The translations under genes and the position numbers were made by a program. A DNA stretch of 64,000 nucleotides. Origin: an uncultured Chloroflexia bacterium (GTDB taxonomy: Bacteria > Chloroflexota > Limnocylindria > Limnocylindrales > CSP1-4). Under the pieces are notes generated by a model. That model was not told the origin of the DNA. It worked only from the letters and a program-made list of their open reading frames with translations, and did not search any database. Where the stretch lies: contig CAVRFC010000002.1 of NCBI GenBank assembly GCA_963720315.1, positions 1,213,167 through 1,277,166 on the forward strand. The letters are read 5' to 3'. Position 1 is the stretch's first letter; every line of letters starts with the position of its first letter. Positions 37,294-46,748 of this stretch are shown piece after piece.

Positions 37294-37324
37294 GGCCCGA
37301 AGTCTAGTGGACGGCCGACGCCCC

Positions 37325-39595
37325 CTAGCCGAGGTCCCGCTGGACGCTCAGGACGTCCTTGAGCCCCTCGATCCGGCTCATGACCCGGGCGAGCTGCGAA
37401 ACAGACGCGACCTGGAGCGTGGCCGTCACGATCGCGGTGTGGTCGGGGTTCACATGGACCGCAGCAGCGACGATGTTCACCTTGTTCTCGGCGACGACCT
37501 GGGTGATGTCGTTCAGCAGGCCCGTCCGGTCGTAGCCCTCGACCCGGATCGCGATCGGGTAGGTCTGGGCCGGGGCCGCTTCCCACTCGACCTCGATGAG
37601 CCGTGGGACCTCCCGCTCGTTCAGGACCGTCGGACAGCTCTGGAGATGGACCGTGACGCCCTTGCCGCGGGTGATGAACCCCACGATTGGGTCGCCCGGA
37701 ATCGGATGACAGCACTTGGCGAAGCGGACGAGCAGGTCACCGACGCCCTTGACCCGGACGCCGCCTGTCCGAGCCGGGATGGTGGCCGGAGCAACGGTCG
37801 GCAGCCCGACTTCGGCGTCATCGACGACCCCGAGCCGCATGACAACCTGCTGGGCGCTGATCGCGCCGTACCCAACCGCAGCGTAGAAGTCGTCGAGCGA
37901 GTCCATGTTGTACTGCTTGACGACCTCGGCGATCTTGTCGTGGCCGACTGCGTGGATGCTCTTGCGGGCGAGCCGTCGCAGCTCGCGCTCGAGTGACTCA
38001 CGGCCGTGGACGATGTTCTCGTCGCGGTCCTTGCGTTTGAACCATTGGCGGATCTTCTCCCGCGCATGGGAGGTCCGGACGACGTTCATCCAGTCGCGCG
38101 ATGGGCCGTGCTCGCCCTTGGTCGTGACGATCTCGACGATGTCGCCGTTCTTCAGCCGATAGTCGAGCGGGACGAGGCGGTTGTTGACCTTGGCCCCGAT
38201 CGTGCGGTGGCCGACGTCGGTGTGGATTCGGTAGGCGAAATCGAGCGGCGTCGCGCCGGCCGGGAGGTCCTTGATGTCGCCCTTCGGGGTGAACACGAAG
38301 ACCTGGTCCTGGAAGATGTCGAGTTTGATGCCCTCGACGAACTCGGTGGCGTCGCTGACGTCGCGCTGCCAGTCCATGAGCTGGCGTAGCCAGGCGAGCT
38401 TGGCGTCGTACTCGCGATCCGACTTCGAGCCTTCCTTGTAGCGCCAGTGGGCCGCAATCCCGACTTCGGACACCTGGTGCATCGCGTGGGTCCGGATCTG
38501 GATCTCGAGCGGTTTGCCGTCGAGGGCGATGACCGCCGTGTGGAGCGATTGGTAAAGGTTGTTCTTGGGGACGGCGATGTAGTCGTCGAACTGGCCGGGG
38601 ATCGGCCGCCAGAGGGCGTGGACGATGCCGAGGGCCGCGTAACAGTCGCGGACGTCGTCGACGAGGATCCGGATCGCGTAGACGTCGTAGATCTCGCCGA
38701 ACTCGGCGGACTTGCGCTGCATCTTCTTGTAGATGCTGAAGATGTGCTTCGGGCGACCCTGCAGGTCGGCCTCGATACTTGCCGCCTTCAGCTTCGGCTC
38801 GAGTTCCGCGATCGCCCGCTCGATGTAGCCCTCGCGGCCCTTCCGCCGCGTGTCGAGGAGCTTGGCGAGCTCGCGGAACCGCTCCGGCTCGAGGACCTTG
38901 AACGCGAGATCCTCCAGCTCCCACTTCATCTGCCAGATCCCGAGCCGTTCGGCGAGCGGGGCGTAGATCTCCATCGTCTGGCGAGCGATCCGGACTTGCT
39001 TCTCCGAGGGCAGCGCGTAAAGCGTTCGCATGTTGTGGAGGCGATCGGCGAGCTTGATGAGGACGACCCGGATGTCCTCGGCCATCGCGAGGAGCATCTT
39101 CCGGATGTTCTCGGCCTGCTGCTGCTCGTGGCTGTGGGTGCTGAACTTCGAGAGCTTCGTGACGCCGTCGACCATGTGGGCGACCTCGGCCCCGAAGCGA
39201 TCTTCGAGGTCGGGCAGGCTGTATTCGGTGTCCTCCGGCACGTCGTGGAGGAGCGCCGCCTGGATCGCCACGGGATCGATCCCGAGCTCGGCGGTGATCT
39301 GGGCAGAGGCGATCGGGTGGGTCACATACGGCTCGCCGGTCGCCCGCCGCGCGCCCTCGTGAGCCTCGACCGCAAGATCGAAGGCGGCTCCAACTGGCGT
39401 CAGGTCGGCCTGCGGATAGTGCCCTGCGACCGTTTTCAGGAGCTGCTTCCGGAGGGCGACGAGATCGGGATCCTTCGACTGAGCGGCGGCCGGCGGTGGC
39501 GTTCGGCGGGGCCCAGTGGGCTTGGCCCGCTTGACACGCGCAGGCCGAGGCGCCTTGGTGGCGTCGGATGCGGGCGTCGTGCGAGGCTGGGCCAT
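37325..39595 (-). CDS. relA: Bifunctional (p)ppGpp synthetase/hydrolase RelA/SpoT family (RSH)
   Basis: ORF 37325..39595 has an HD domain (YVTHPIASAQITAELGIDP..ALLHDVPEDT), a synthetase domain (GRPKHIFSIYKKMQRK..DVYAIRILV..YQSLHTAV), and TGS and ACT C-terminal domains. Confidence 0.9.
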   Translation of the reverse strand: MAQPRTTPASDATKAPRPARVKRAKPTGPRRTPPPAAAQSKDPDLVALRKQLLKTVAGHYPQADLTPVGAAFDLAVEAHEGARRATGEPYVTHPIASAQITAELGIDPVAIQAALLHDVPEDTEYSLPDLEDRFGAEVAHMVDGVTKLSKFSTHSHEQQQAENIRKMLLAMAEDIRVVLIKLADRLHNMRTLYALPSEKQVRIARQTMEIYAPLAERLGIWQMKWELEDLAFKVLEPERFRELAKLLDTRRKGREGYIERAIAELEPKLKAASIEADLQGRPKHIFSIYKKMQRKSAEFGEIYDVYAIRILVDDVRDCYAALGIVHALWRPIPGQFDDYIAVPKNNLYQSLHTAVIALDGKPLEIQIRTHAMHQVSEVGIAAHWRYKEGSKSDREYDAKLAWLRQLMDWQRDVSDATEFVEGIKLDIFQDQVFVFTPKGDIKDLPAGATPLDFAYRIHTDVGHRTIGAKVNNRLVPLDYRLKNGDIVEIVTTKGEHGPSRDWMNVVRTSHAREKIRQWFKRKDRDENIVHGRESLERELRRLARKSIHAVGHDKIAEVVKQYNMDSLDDFYAAVGYGAISAQQVVMRLGVVDDAEVGLPTVAPATIPARTGGVRVKGVGDLLVRFAKCCHPIPGDPIVGFITRGKGVTVHLQSCPTVLNEREVPRLIEVEWEAAPAQTYPIAIRVEGYDRTGLLNDITQVVAENKVNIVAAAVHVNPDHTAIVTATLQVASVSQLARVMSRIEGLKDVLSVQRDLG

Positions 39596-39650
39596 ATTCG
39601 AAGGATAGCAGTGGGTTCGTGCGGAGCCGGAGCTCGCGACGGCCCTGGGC

Positions 39651-40352
39651 TCAGCGCAGCATTGCGGATACGTCGAGCGTTCCGATCAACTCCAGGCCGC
39701 CGTTCACGATCGAAACGCCAGTCAGTTGGAGCGGGATCGACGGGTCGGGCTCGACGAGGCGGACCGTGCCGAGGCCCGAAGCGACGACGAGGGCTCCGTC
39801 TGCCTCGACCCGCAGCGTTCCCTGGAGCTCACTGCCGCCGAGCCGCACCCGGATCACGTCCGGTGCGACGAGTTCCGCGGAGTCCGGACGGGTGCCGAAC
39901 TCCTCCTCGAATGCGGCCAAGGCGACGCGATTGACCGTCGGGCCATCAATATCGATCGTCGTGCGCGCCTCGCCGGCCGGCCCCGAGATCCCGATCCCGA
40001 CGAGGGCCGGCCCGCCCCCAGCGACCGCCAGCTCGACGTCGCGGAATTGCCCGTCGGCCGAGGTCGCGGTCCGGGCAAGGAGATCGACGCCGTCGAGATG
40101 CATCGTCATCGATCCGGCTCGCAGGTCCTCCCAGCGAACGCCCGTCGCCTCGATCTCGACACGGTCGGCCCGACCGAGGGCGAGCACGAGCGGCGGATCC
40201 GCGTGGACGGTCACGTCGAGTTCGTCGGCCTCGAAGGCGGACGACGTCAGGCTCGCTTCGACGACCGTTTCGGCGAGCGGCACACCGCCGAACCAGACGA
40301 TACCGACGAGGAACGCTGCGGCAATGATCAGGACGCTCAGGCAGCCGCGCAA
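39651..40352 (-). CDS. Hypothetical N-terminally membrane-anchored protein (possibly DUF2993/LmeA-like)
   Basis: ORF 39651..40352 starts at a TTG one nt after the murE stop. It has one N-terminal TM (CLSVLIIAAAFLVGIVWFGG) followed by a beta-rich domain. The family assignment is from memory only. Confidence 0.5.
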   Translation of the reverse strand: MRGCLSVLIIAAAFLVGIVWFGGVPLAETVVEASLTSSAFEADELDVTVHADPPLVLALGRADRVEIEATGVRWEDLRAGSMTMHLDGVDLLARTATSADGQFRDVELAVAGGGPALVGIGISGPAGEARTTIDIDGPTVNRVALAAFEEEFGTRPDSAELVAPDVIRVRLGGSELQGTLRVEADGALVVASGLGTVRLVEPDPSIPLQLTGVSIVNGGLELIGTLDVSAMLR

Positions 40353-40353
40353 C

Positions 40354-41991
40354 CTAACTGGCTCCGGGCATTCCGTAGCCGAGGTCAGCGAGTGCGGTCA
40401 GCGCGGTCGCACGCTCGTCGTAGGCGACCGGCCCGCCCGGACCGATGATCGAGTGCTCGTGGCCCTTTCCGGCGAGGAGCACGATGTCGCCCGCGCGGGC
40501 CCGCTCGAACGCTGCGGCAATCGCCGCGGGGCGGTCGGCGACGAGGAGCAGGTCGTGGCCGCGACGCTTGCCGGCCGCCTCCGCGCCGCGGGCAATCTCC
40601 TCGAGAATCGCATCGCGGTCCTCGCCGCGGGGGTCCTCGTCGGTCGCGACCACGAGGCGGGCTCGCTCGGCGGCGATGCGGCCCATCATCGGCCGCTTCT
40701 CGACGTCCCGCTCCCCTGCCGACCCGAACACGGCGATGAGGCCGCCGCCCCGGGCCGCCGCGACGGGCGCGAGGATCTCCAGGACGGCCTCGAGTGAGGC
40801 TGGGCTGTGGGCGTAGTCGATCACGACGCCGAACGGCTGACCGGCATCGACCCGCTCCATCCGGCCCGCCACGCCCTCGACCGATTCGAGCCCGGCCCGG
40901 ACCGCGACCGGATCCAGCCCCAAGCCCTCGCCGAGTGCCACGACCGCAAGTGCGTTGTGGACGTTGAAGCGCCCGGCGAGTTGGAGCTGGAGGCTGGCCG
41001 GGCCAGACGGCGCGTGGTAGGTGACCCGGAGCCCGTGCGTGTCCTCCGCGCTGTGGGTTGCCCGGACGTCGGCTGCCGGGTCCGTCCCATACGTGACGAT
41101 TCGTGCGCCCGCCTCCTGGGCGACGCCGACGAACAGGCCCCCGGACGGATCGTCGACGTTGACGATCGCGGCCTTCGGCCACGCGAGGGTGTCCTTCATC
41201 GGGCTGCCGGACACGGCGAGCCGCTCGAACAGCGACAGCTTTGCGTCACGGTACGCCTCCCACGACCCGTGGAACTCGAGGTGCTCGTGGCTGAGGTTCG
41301 TCAGGATCGCGACGTCGTAGGCGATCCCGCGGACTCGATCCGCCGCCAGGCCGTGTGACGTGGTTTCGATCACGGCGGCCTCGTTCCCGGCGTGGACCAT
41401 CGCTCGGATGGCACGCTGGAGCTCGATCGCGCCCGGCGTGGTCATGTGCTCCGCGTTCGGCTCCCGGGTCGCGCCAATCTTTGTCTCGACGGTGCCGATC
41501 AGTCCCGTCGACCAACCAGCGGCCTCGAGGGCGGCGAGCGCGAGGAACGATGTCGTCGTCTTTCCATCCGTTCCAGTGATCCCCACGACGCCGAGCTCGT
41601 GGCTCGGGTCGCCGTACCACCAGGCCGCGGCGTCGGCGAGGGCAGCTGGGCTGCGGTCGACGACGACCTGGGGCAGGGCGACGTCAGTGAGTTGCTGCTC
41701 GACGATCGCCGCGACGGCGCCAGCGTTGGCCGCCCGCTGGACGAGATCGTGACCATCGACGTGGGCGCCGCGAATGGCTACGAAGAGGCCGCCCGGCCCG
41801 ATGCGGCGACTGTCGTCGCTCACGCCCTGGATCTCCAGCCCGGCGAGGGCCGCCGGCCCGATGGCCTTGCCACCCTCTCGCGCCCCGCGCAGCAGGCCGG
41901 CGTGCGCCAGGCGGTCGATGAGCTCGCCTAAGGGCCGCGCGTCGGCCGGCTCGGCCGCGGCCAAGAGGCCGCCGATCGTCGGGGTGCTCAT
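40354..41991 (-). CDS. murE: UDP-N-acetylmuramoyl-L-alanyl-D-glutamate--diamino acid ligase MurE
   Basis: ORF 40354..41991: VVGITGTDGKTTTSFL, DYAHSPASLEAVL, GSAGERDVEKRPMMG, TDEDPRGED. Confidence 0.9.
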   Translation of the reverse strand: MSTPTIGGLLAAAEPADARPLGELIDRLAHAGLLRGAREGGKAIGPAALAGLEIQGVSDDSRRIGPGGLFVAIRGAHVDGHDLVQRAANAGAVAAIVEQQLTDVALPQVVVDRSPAALADAAAWWYGDPSHELGVVGITGTDGKTTTSFLALAALEAAGWSTGLIGTVETKIGATREPNAEHMTTPGAIELQRAIRAMVHAGNEAAVIETTSHGLAADRVRGIAYDVAILTNLSHEHLEFHGSWEAYRDAKLSLFERLAVSGSPMKDTLAWPKAAIVNVDDPSGGLFVGVAQEAGARIVTYGTDPAADVRATHSAEDTHGLRVTYHAPSGPASLQLQLAGRFNVHNALAVVALGEGLGLDPVAVRAGLESVEGVAGRMERVDAGQPFGVVIDYAHSPASLEAVLEILAPVAAARGGGLIAVFGSAGERDVEKRPMMGRIAAERARLVVATDEDPRGEDRDAILEEIARGAEAAGKRRGHDLLLVADRPAAIAAAFERARAGDIVLLAGKGHEHSIIGPGGPVAYDERATALTALADLGYGMPGAS

Positions 41992-41998
41992 GCGCCGC

Positions 41999-43108
41999 TC
42001 ACGAGGCGCCGCCGCCCCGACCCAGGACGCGAGAGATCCGCGACGCGAGCCGGCCCGCCAGGTAGCGATTCGGACGGATCACCTTCTCATGCGCTCCGGT
42101 GAGCTCGATCCAGCGCCCGCCGAACGACATCTTGTGCTGGTAGAGGCCGTACATCGGCTCGCCTTCGCGCGGCTCCCGTCGCGCGCCGGTGACGTCGGCG
42201 CCGCCCAGGTCCATCTCCTCGCGCCGCTCGCGAATCGCAAGCTGGATCGCGCGCCAGCGGAGCAGGTGGAGGGCGCCTGGATGGTCCCGTCGGGCGGTTT
42301 CATGGTCGCCCGAGTGGACGGTCGAGAGGCGTCCGCCGTGCCGGTACAGCAGGAGACCCGCCTGGGGCTCACCCTCCGGAGCGCGGGCCTCGAGGTGGAC
42401 GAGGTGGCCCGCGCGATGCGCGGTGCGCCACCAGCCTACGAACGATTCACGCGGCCCGAACGAGAACTGCTTCCGTTCGCCGGTCTCGAGCAGGAGGTCG
42501 TAGAAGCGGTCGAGGGCGACGTCGGTGGGTTCGCGAGGCGCCGCGAAGCCCTCCCCCACCCCGCCGGGCGCGAGGCGCGCGTCGTGCCGGATGACGTCGA
42601 TGCCGTCCTTCTCGGCCTTCCGGATCCGCTGCCTGGTCGACTTCGCGATCCCCTCGAAGGCGGTGTCCTCGTCGATGCCCTCGAGCGGCAAGGAGATTCG
42701 ATGGCGCGACGGCTGGATCTCCTCGATCGGCCGGAAGCCGGCGGCGCGGACCTTCGCCCCGTAGCCGCTCTCGGCGGGGATCTCCGCATCGCTGGCCACG
42801 ACGTCGATGCCAGCCGCCGCAAGGTGCTCGGTGACGGCCAGGAGTCGGGAGGCAGTGGTTGACGGTGGCGATGCTGCGGCGATCGGACCGCGCGGAATGT
42901 AGGCACCGCCGCCGCCGACGAACGGCCACGGCCTCGTCAGGGCAAGGACGCCGTAGGTGTCGTCGACGACGAGGTGGTGCGGTGTCCAGCCGGTGGCCGC
43001 GCGATGGGCCGACCAGGCCCTGGATTGGTAGACGTGACCGCCCGGCGGATCGACCGTTCGCTCGTCCCAGTCGGCGAGCTCGTCGGCGGTCGCGGGCCGA
43101 ACCGTCAA
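41999..43108 (-). CDS. FemAB-family peptidoglycan interpeptide-bridge aminoacyltransferase (copy 2)
   Basis: Read from the TTG at 43108 (it overlaps the upstream stop as TTGA) in ORF 41999..43327: LTVRPATADELADWDERTV..HVYQSRAWSA..KSTRQRIRKAEKDGIDV..ALHLLRWRAIQLAIRERREEMDLGG..GLYQHKMSFGG. Confidence 0.8.
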   Translation of the reverse strand: MTVRPATADELADWDERTVDPPGGHVYQSRAWSAHRAATGWTPHHLVVDDTYGVLALTRPWPFVGGGGAYIPRGPIAAASPPSTTASRLLAVTEHLAAAGIDVVASDAEIPAESGYGAKVRAAGFRPIEEIQPSRHRISLPLEGIDEDTAFEGIAKSTRQRIRKAEKDGIDVIRHDARLAPGGVGEGFAAPREPTDVALDRFYDLLLETGERKQFSFGPRESFVGWWRTAHRAGHLVHLEARAPEGEPQAGLLLYRHGGRLSTVHSGDHETARRDHPGALHLLRWRAIQLAIRERREEMDLGGADVTGARREPREGEPMYGLYQHKMSFGGRWIELTGAHEKVIRPNRYLAGRLASRISRVLGRGGGAS

Positions 43109-44190
43109 GCCGCGTCGCTCCCACCGTCGCCCCCGAACGCCGCTGCGTCTCGCTCGCCCGAGAGGCCGTGGCGGCGGCGCGCCCACTCCACGCGAGCCCG
43201 CTGCGCACCTTGGTAAACTTGGCGCCCGAGCGGGTCGAGGACGAGGTCCCACGCCCCGATGTAGCGGACCTCGCGCCCGCCGAACCCGGTCTTGAAGTGG
43301 GCGATCCCGCCCGTCGCGAGGCCCCACAGGTCATAGCTCGTCGCGCCCTGCTCGCGCGACGACCGAATCGCTTCCCATTTGAGGAGGTAGTTCGCCCGGG
43401 AGTCGCCACCCTCGCGGGTCATCCCGCCGTACGGCTCGACGACGCGCGGCCCGCTCCGGAGGAGGAAGAGTGTCGCGAGCGGCTCGCCGTCCGGAGTCTG
43501 GGCGAAGACGAGTCGGGCGAGGCCGTGCGGCCGGAACGCGTCCCAAACGTCGCGGTAAGCCCCCTCGGTCCGAATGAGGAAGCCCGCCCGATCGGCGGTC
43601 TCGCGATAGATCCGGTAGAACTCGCCGAGCCGGTCGCCTTCGGCATCGACGACGACGATCCCTGCCTTTCGGGCCTTGTTGACGTACTGCCGCCACTTCT
43701 TGCGGAGATCGTCCCAGAGTGTCTCCTCGTCGGCCCGGAGGTCGATGATCCGCGTCGCGTTCGGCTGGATCGGGGCGGCCGGCCGGAAGTCTGCTGCACG
43801 GAGCGCGCGGCGCAGGGCGCCGTCGAGGTCGAGCGGGCCGTCACACTCGATCTCGGGATCGATCCGGACGTGGGAGACCCGACCGGCGCGCTCGGGAAGC
43901 GTGCTTTGAAGGGCGTCCGCGAAGGAGGCGAGACTACCCGGCGACCAATCGCTCCCGACCGGTCCGCGCGGGGCGTACGCGAATGCCCATGGCAGGGGGC
44001 GCGGGCGCCTGACGAGGACCTGGGCACCGATCGGGCCGTTGGTCGCCAGCCGGACGGCTGACCAGCCGTTGACGGCCTTGACCTTCGCCCACGGCGACAG
44101 CTGGAGGTAGGAACCGGGATTGGCGCCCGAGACGAACGCGTCCCAGGCCGTCGGATCGTCTGAATCGAGTCGGGTCGGCGGCTGGCTCAC
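43105..44190 (-). CDS. FemAB-family peptidoglycan interpeptide-bridge aminoacyltransferase (copy 1)
   Basis: ORF 43105..44190: ..SYLQLSPWAKVKAVNGW..LRKKWRQYVNKARKAGIVV..ANYLLKWEAIRSSREQGATSYDLWG..GIAHFKTGFGG. Confidence 0.8.
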   Translation of the reverse strand: MSQPPTRLDSDDPTAWDAFVSGANPGSYLQLSPWAKVKAVNGWSAVRLATNGPIGAQVLVRRPRPLPWAFAYAPRGPVGSDWSPGSLASFADALQSTLPERAGRVSHVRIDPEIECDGPLDLDGALRRALRAADFRPAAPIQPNATRIIDLRADEETLWDDLRKKWRQYVNKARKAGIVVVDAEGDRLGEFYRIYRETADRAGFLIRTEGAYRDVWDAFRPHGLARLVFAQTPDGEPLATLFLLRSGPRVVEPYGGMTREGGDSRANYLLKWEAIRSSREQGATSYDLWGLATGGIAHFKTGFGGREVRYIGAWDLVLDPLGRQVYQGAQRARVEWARRRHGLSGERDAAAFGGDGGSDAA

Positions 44191-45755
44191 GCTCGGCGCG
44201 GGCGTCGGAGCAGGTCGGCCATGACCCCGACGATAGAGGGCAGTTCCGGGATGCGCAAGGCAGCCGCCAGCACGGCGTAGACGCCGAACCCGACGCCGCC
44301 GACGAGCACGACTCGAACTAGCAGCGCGACCGTGCTGGGCTGTGCGTCGCCGATGAGAACGAGTCCACCGCGCAGTGCGAAGGCCACGCCAGCGGCGATC
44401 ACCGACGCAAGGAGCGACCGGATTGCCACGAGGAAGATCGGGCCGAACGACAGCTGTGGTACTCGCCGCCCGAGCAGCACGAGGAGGATCGCCGTCTCGA
44501 TCCAGGCGCCGATCGCAATCGCAAGACCGATCCCCGGCAGTCCGAGCGGCCCCGTCAGCGCGAACGACAGCGCCGTGTCGACGACGACAGCGACGATGCC
44601 GGCAGCCACCGGGGTCCGGGTGTCCTGCTGGGCGTAGAACGCACGAGCCAGCACGGCGATCAGCGAGTGGGCCGCCAGACCGAACATGAAGGCGAACAGG
44701 GTCGCCGACGTCAGGTCGATCGCCGTCTGGTCGAACTGGCCGTAGCCGAACAGGAGCTCGGTCACCTCGCGGCGCAGGACGATCCCGATCCCCGTGATCG
44801 GCAGCATCACGAAGAGGAGCAGGCGGATCGCCCGCGACAGCAGGGCGGCGAACTCCTCGGCCCGTCCGAGCGCAGCCTCGCGCGACAGCGCCGGGAACAC
44901 GACGACGCCGAGCGGCACCCCGATCAACCCGATCGGGATCTGGAGCAATGTGAAGGCGAAGTTGAACGCGCTGATCGCGCCTGGCCCGAGTGTCGAGGCG
45001 ATCGATGTGACCACGACGAACGTGATCTGCGTCGCTCCGAGCCCGATCGCCCGCGGCGCCATCAGGGTCAGCGCCTTGCGTGCCTGCTCGTCCGCGAGGT
45101 CGACATGCGGCGTGTAGCGGAAGCCCAGCTGCTGGACCGAGGGCAGCTGGACGAGGAAGTGGCCGAGGGAGCCGGCGACGACGCCGATTGCGAGACCCGT
45201 GACCCCCATCGTAGGGGCGAGGAAGACCGCCGCACCGATGATCGCGAGGTTGTAGACGATCGGGGCGCTGGCCGCGGCCGCGAACCTGCCCTGGGCGTTG
45301 AGAAGGCTCGTCGCAACGGAGCCGAGGGCGAGGAAGATCGGGCCGAGCAGCATGATCCGCGTCAGATCGGCGGTTCGTGCCGCCTGGGCCGCATCGAAGC
45401 CTGGCGTGATCGCCGGGACGATCACCGGCGCGCCGATGAAGATCACGATCGCCAGGACGCCGAGGCTCGTGAGCATCAGGTTCGTGACCGTCGACACGAC
45501 CCGCCAGGCGCGCTCGTGCTCGTTCGAGGTCAACAGGCTGGAGACGATCGGGATCAGCGCCGACGACAGCGCCCCGGCGGCCACGAGCTGGAAGATCAAG
45601 TCGGGCAGCCGGAACGCGGCGAAGAAGGCGTCGAGTTCGGGGCCGGCGCCGAACGTGACGCCGATGATCGCAACCCGGATCCAGCCGAGGATCCGGGAGA
45701 TGAGGAACGCCCCCGAGACGACGAGGCCCGCCTGGGCCAGGGCGCGGTGCGTCAC
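44187..45755 (-). CDS. murJ: Lipid II flippase MurJ (MviN)
   Basis: ORF 44187..45755: ..SRILGWIRVAIIGVTFGAGPELDAFFAAFRLPDLIFQLVAAGALSSALIPIVS.., with 14 predicted helices. Confidence 0.9.
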   Translation of the reverse strand: MTHRALAQAGLVVSGAFLISRILGWIRVAIIGVTFGAGPELDAFFAAFRLPDLIFQLVAAGALSSALIPIVSSLLTSNEHERAWRVVSTVTNLMLTSLGVLAIVIFIGAPVIVPAITPGFDAAQAARTADLTRIMLLGPIFLALGSVATSLLNAQGRFAAAASAPIVYNLAIIGAAVFLAPTMGVTGLAIGVVAGSLGHFLVQLPSVQQLGFRYTPHVDLADEQARKALTLMAPRAIGLGATQITFVVVTSIASTLGPGAISAFNFAFTLLQIPIGLIGVPLGVVVFPALSREAALGRAEEFAALLSRAIRLLLFVMLPITGIGIVLRREVTELLFGYGQFDQTAIDLTSATLFAFMFGLAAHSLIAVLARAFYAQQDTRTPVAAGIVAVVVDTALSFALTGPLGLPGIGLAIAIGAWIETAILLVLLGRRVPQLSFGPIFLVAIRSLLASVIAAGVAFALRGGLVLIGDAQPSTVALLVRVVLVGGVGFGVYAVLAAALRIPELPSIVGVMADLLRRPRRA

Positions 45756-45773
45756 CGTCGCGTCACACCGCGG

Positions 45774-46748
45774 TCAGACGGCCGATGGGCGGGTCGCCCG
45801 TGGATGGGCGCCGCGATACGCAGCCCGGAGGCGAGTCGGCGAGACGTGCGTGTAGATCTGCGTCGTCGCGAGGCTCTCGTGACCGAGCAGCTCCTGCACG
45901 ACTCGCAGATCCGCGCCGCCGTCCAGCAGGTGGGTCGCAAATGAGTGGCGGAGCGTGTGTGGCGAGACACCCTCCGGCAGGCCCGCCCGGCGGCAGAGGA
46001 GGTCGAGCCGGTAGCGCAGGCCGCGAACGCCGAGCGGCGCCCCGCGGTGGTTCAAGAAGACTTCCGCGGGCTCCTCGTCACCGACCGGGCGGAGCGCGAT
46101 GAGGACCGGGCGGCCGTCCTCGAGGTAGGCCGCGAGCGAAGCGCGCGCCGGCCGGCCAAGCAGCCCGATTCGCTCCTTGCGGCCCTTGCCGAGCACGCGA
46201 ATCTCGCCGCGCCGCAGCTCCAACGAGGCGAGGTCCGCGCCCGCCAGCTCGCTGATCCGGAGACCAGCCGCGTAGGCGGTCTCGACTAGAGCCCGGTCGC
46301 GGAGGGCGAGCGCAGTCAGGAGCGCCGTTCGTGCCGGCGCGGCCGCGTCGGCGTCGGCCAGCTCCTCGTCGACCACGGCGAGCAGCCGCTCCACTTGCTC
46401 TACTTCGAGGACCCTCGGCAGCCGCCGCGGGAGGCGCGGCGTCGCGATTGCTCCCCACGGGTCACCGGCGCTCAGCCCCTCGCGAGCGGCGTGCCGGTGA
46501 AACGAGCGGATCGCCGCCAGCCGCTGCGCCGTCGAGCTGCGCGCGCCGCGTGCGCCGAGGTGGGCGAGGTAGGCGCGGAGATCCGCCCGGGCCGGGGACC
46601 GCCAGTCGACGCCGCGATCGGCCAGCCAGGCGAGGTACGCCCCGATCGCGGTGCGATACGAGCGCTGCGTGTGAAGCGACGCGTCCCGAGCGGCGAGGCC
46701 ACGGAGAAACCGCTCGAGCGCGGGCTCGGCCGCCGGCGCCCCGCTCAC
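45774..46748 (-). CDS. xerC: Site-specific tyrosine recombinase XerC
   Basis: ORF 45774..46748: ..SLHTQRSYRTAIGAYLAWL..HTLRHSFATHLLDGGADLRVVQELLGHESLATTQIYTH. Its GTG overlaps the topA stop. The topA-xerC (codV) and dprA-neighbourhood synteny supports the call. Confidence 0.85.
   Translation of the reverse strand: MSGAPAAEPALERFLRGLAARDASLHTQRSYRTAIGAYLAWLADRGVDWRSPARADLRAYLAHLGARGARSSTAQRLAAIRSFHRHAAREGLSAGDPWGAIATPRLPRRLPRVLEVEQVERLLAVVDEELADADAAAPARTALLTALALRDRALVETAYAAGLRISELAGADLASLELRRGEIRVLGKGRKERIGLLGRPARASLAAYLEDGRPVLIALRPVGDEEPAEVFLNHRGAPLGVRGLRYRLDLLCRRAGLPEGVSPHTLRHSFATHLLDGGADLRVVQELLGHESLATTQIYTHVSPTRLRAAYRGAHPRATRPSAV

Noticed and set aside
37294-37324. T-box or other long leaders upstream of the aminoacyl-tRNA synthetase genes hisS, aspS (33714-33750) and alaS (24027-24117).
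   Set aside because: The upstream intergenic spaces are only about 30-90 nt. That is too short for a T-box (about 200 nt or more), and no specifier or T-box sequence was seen.
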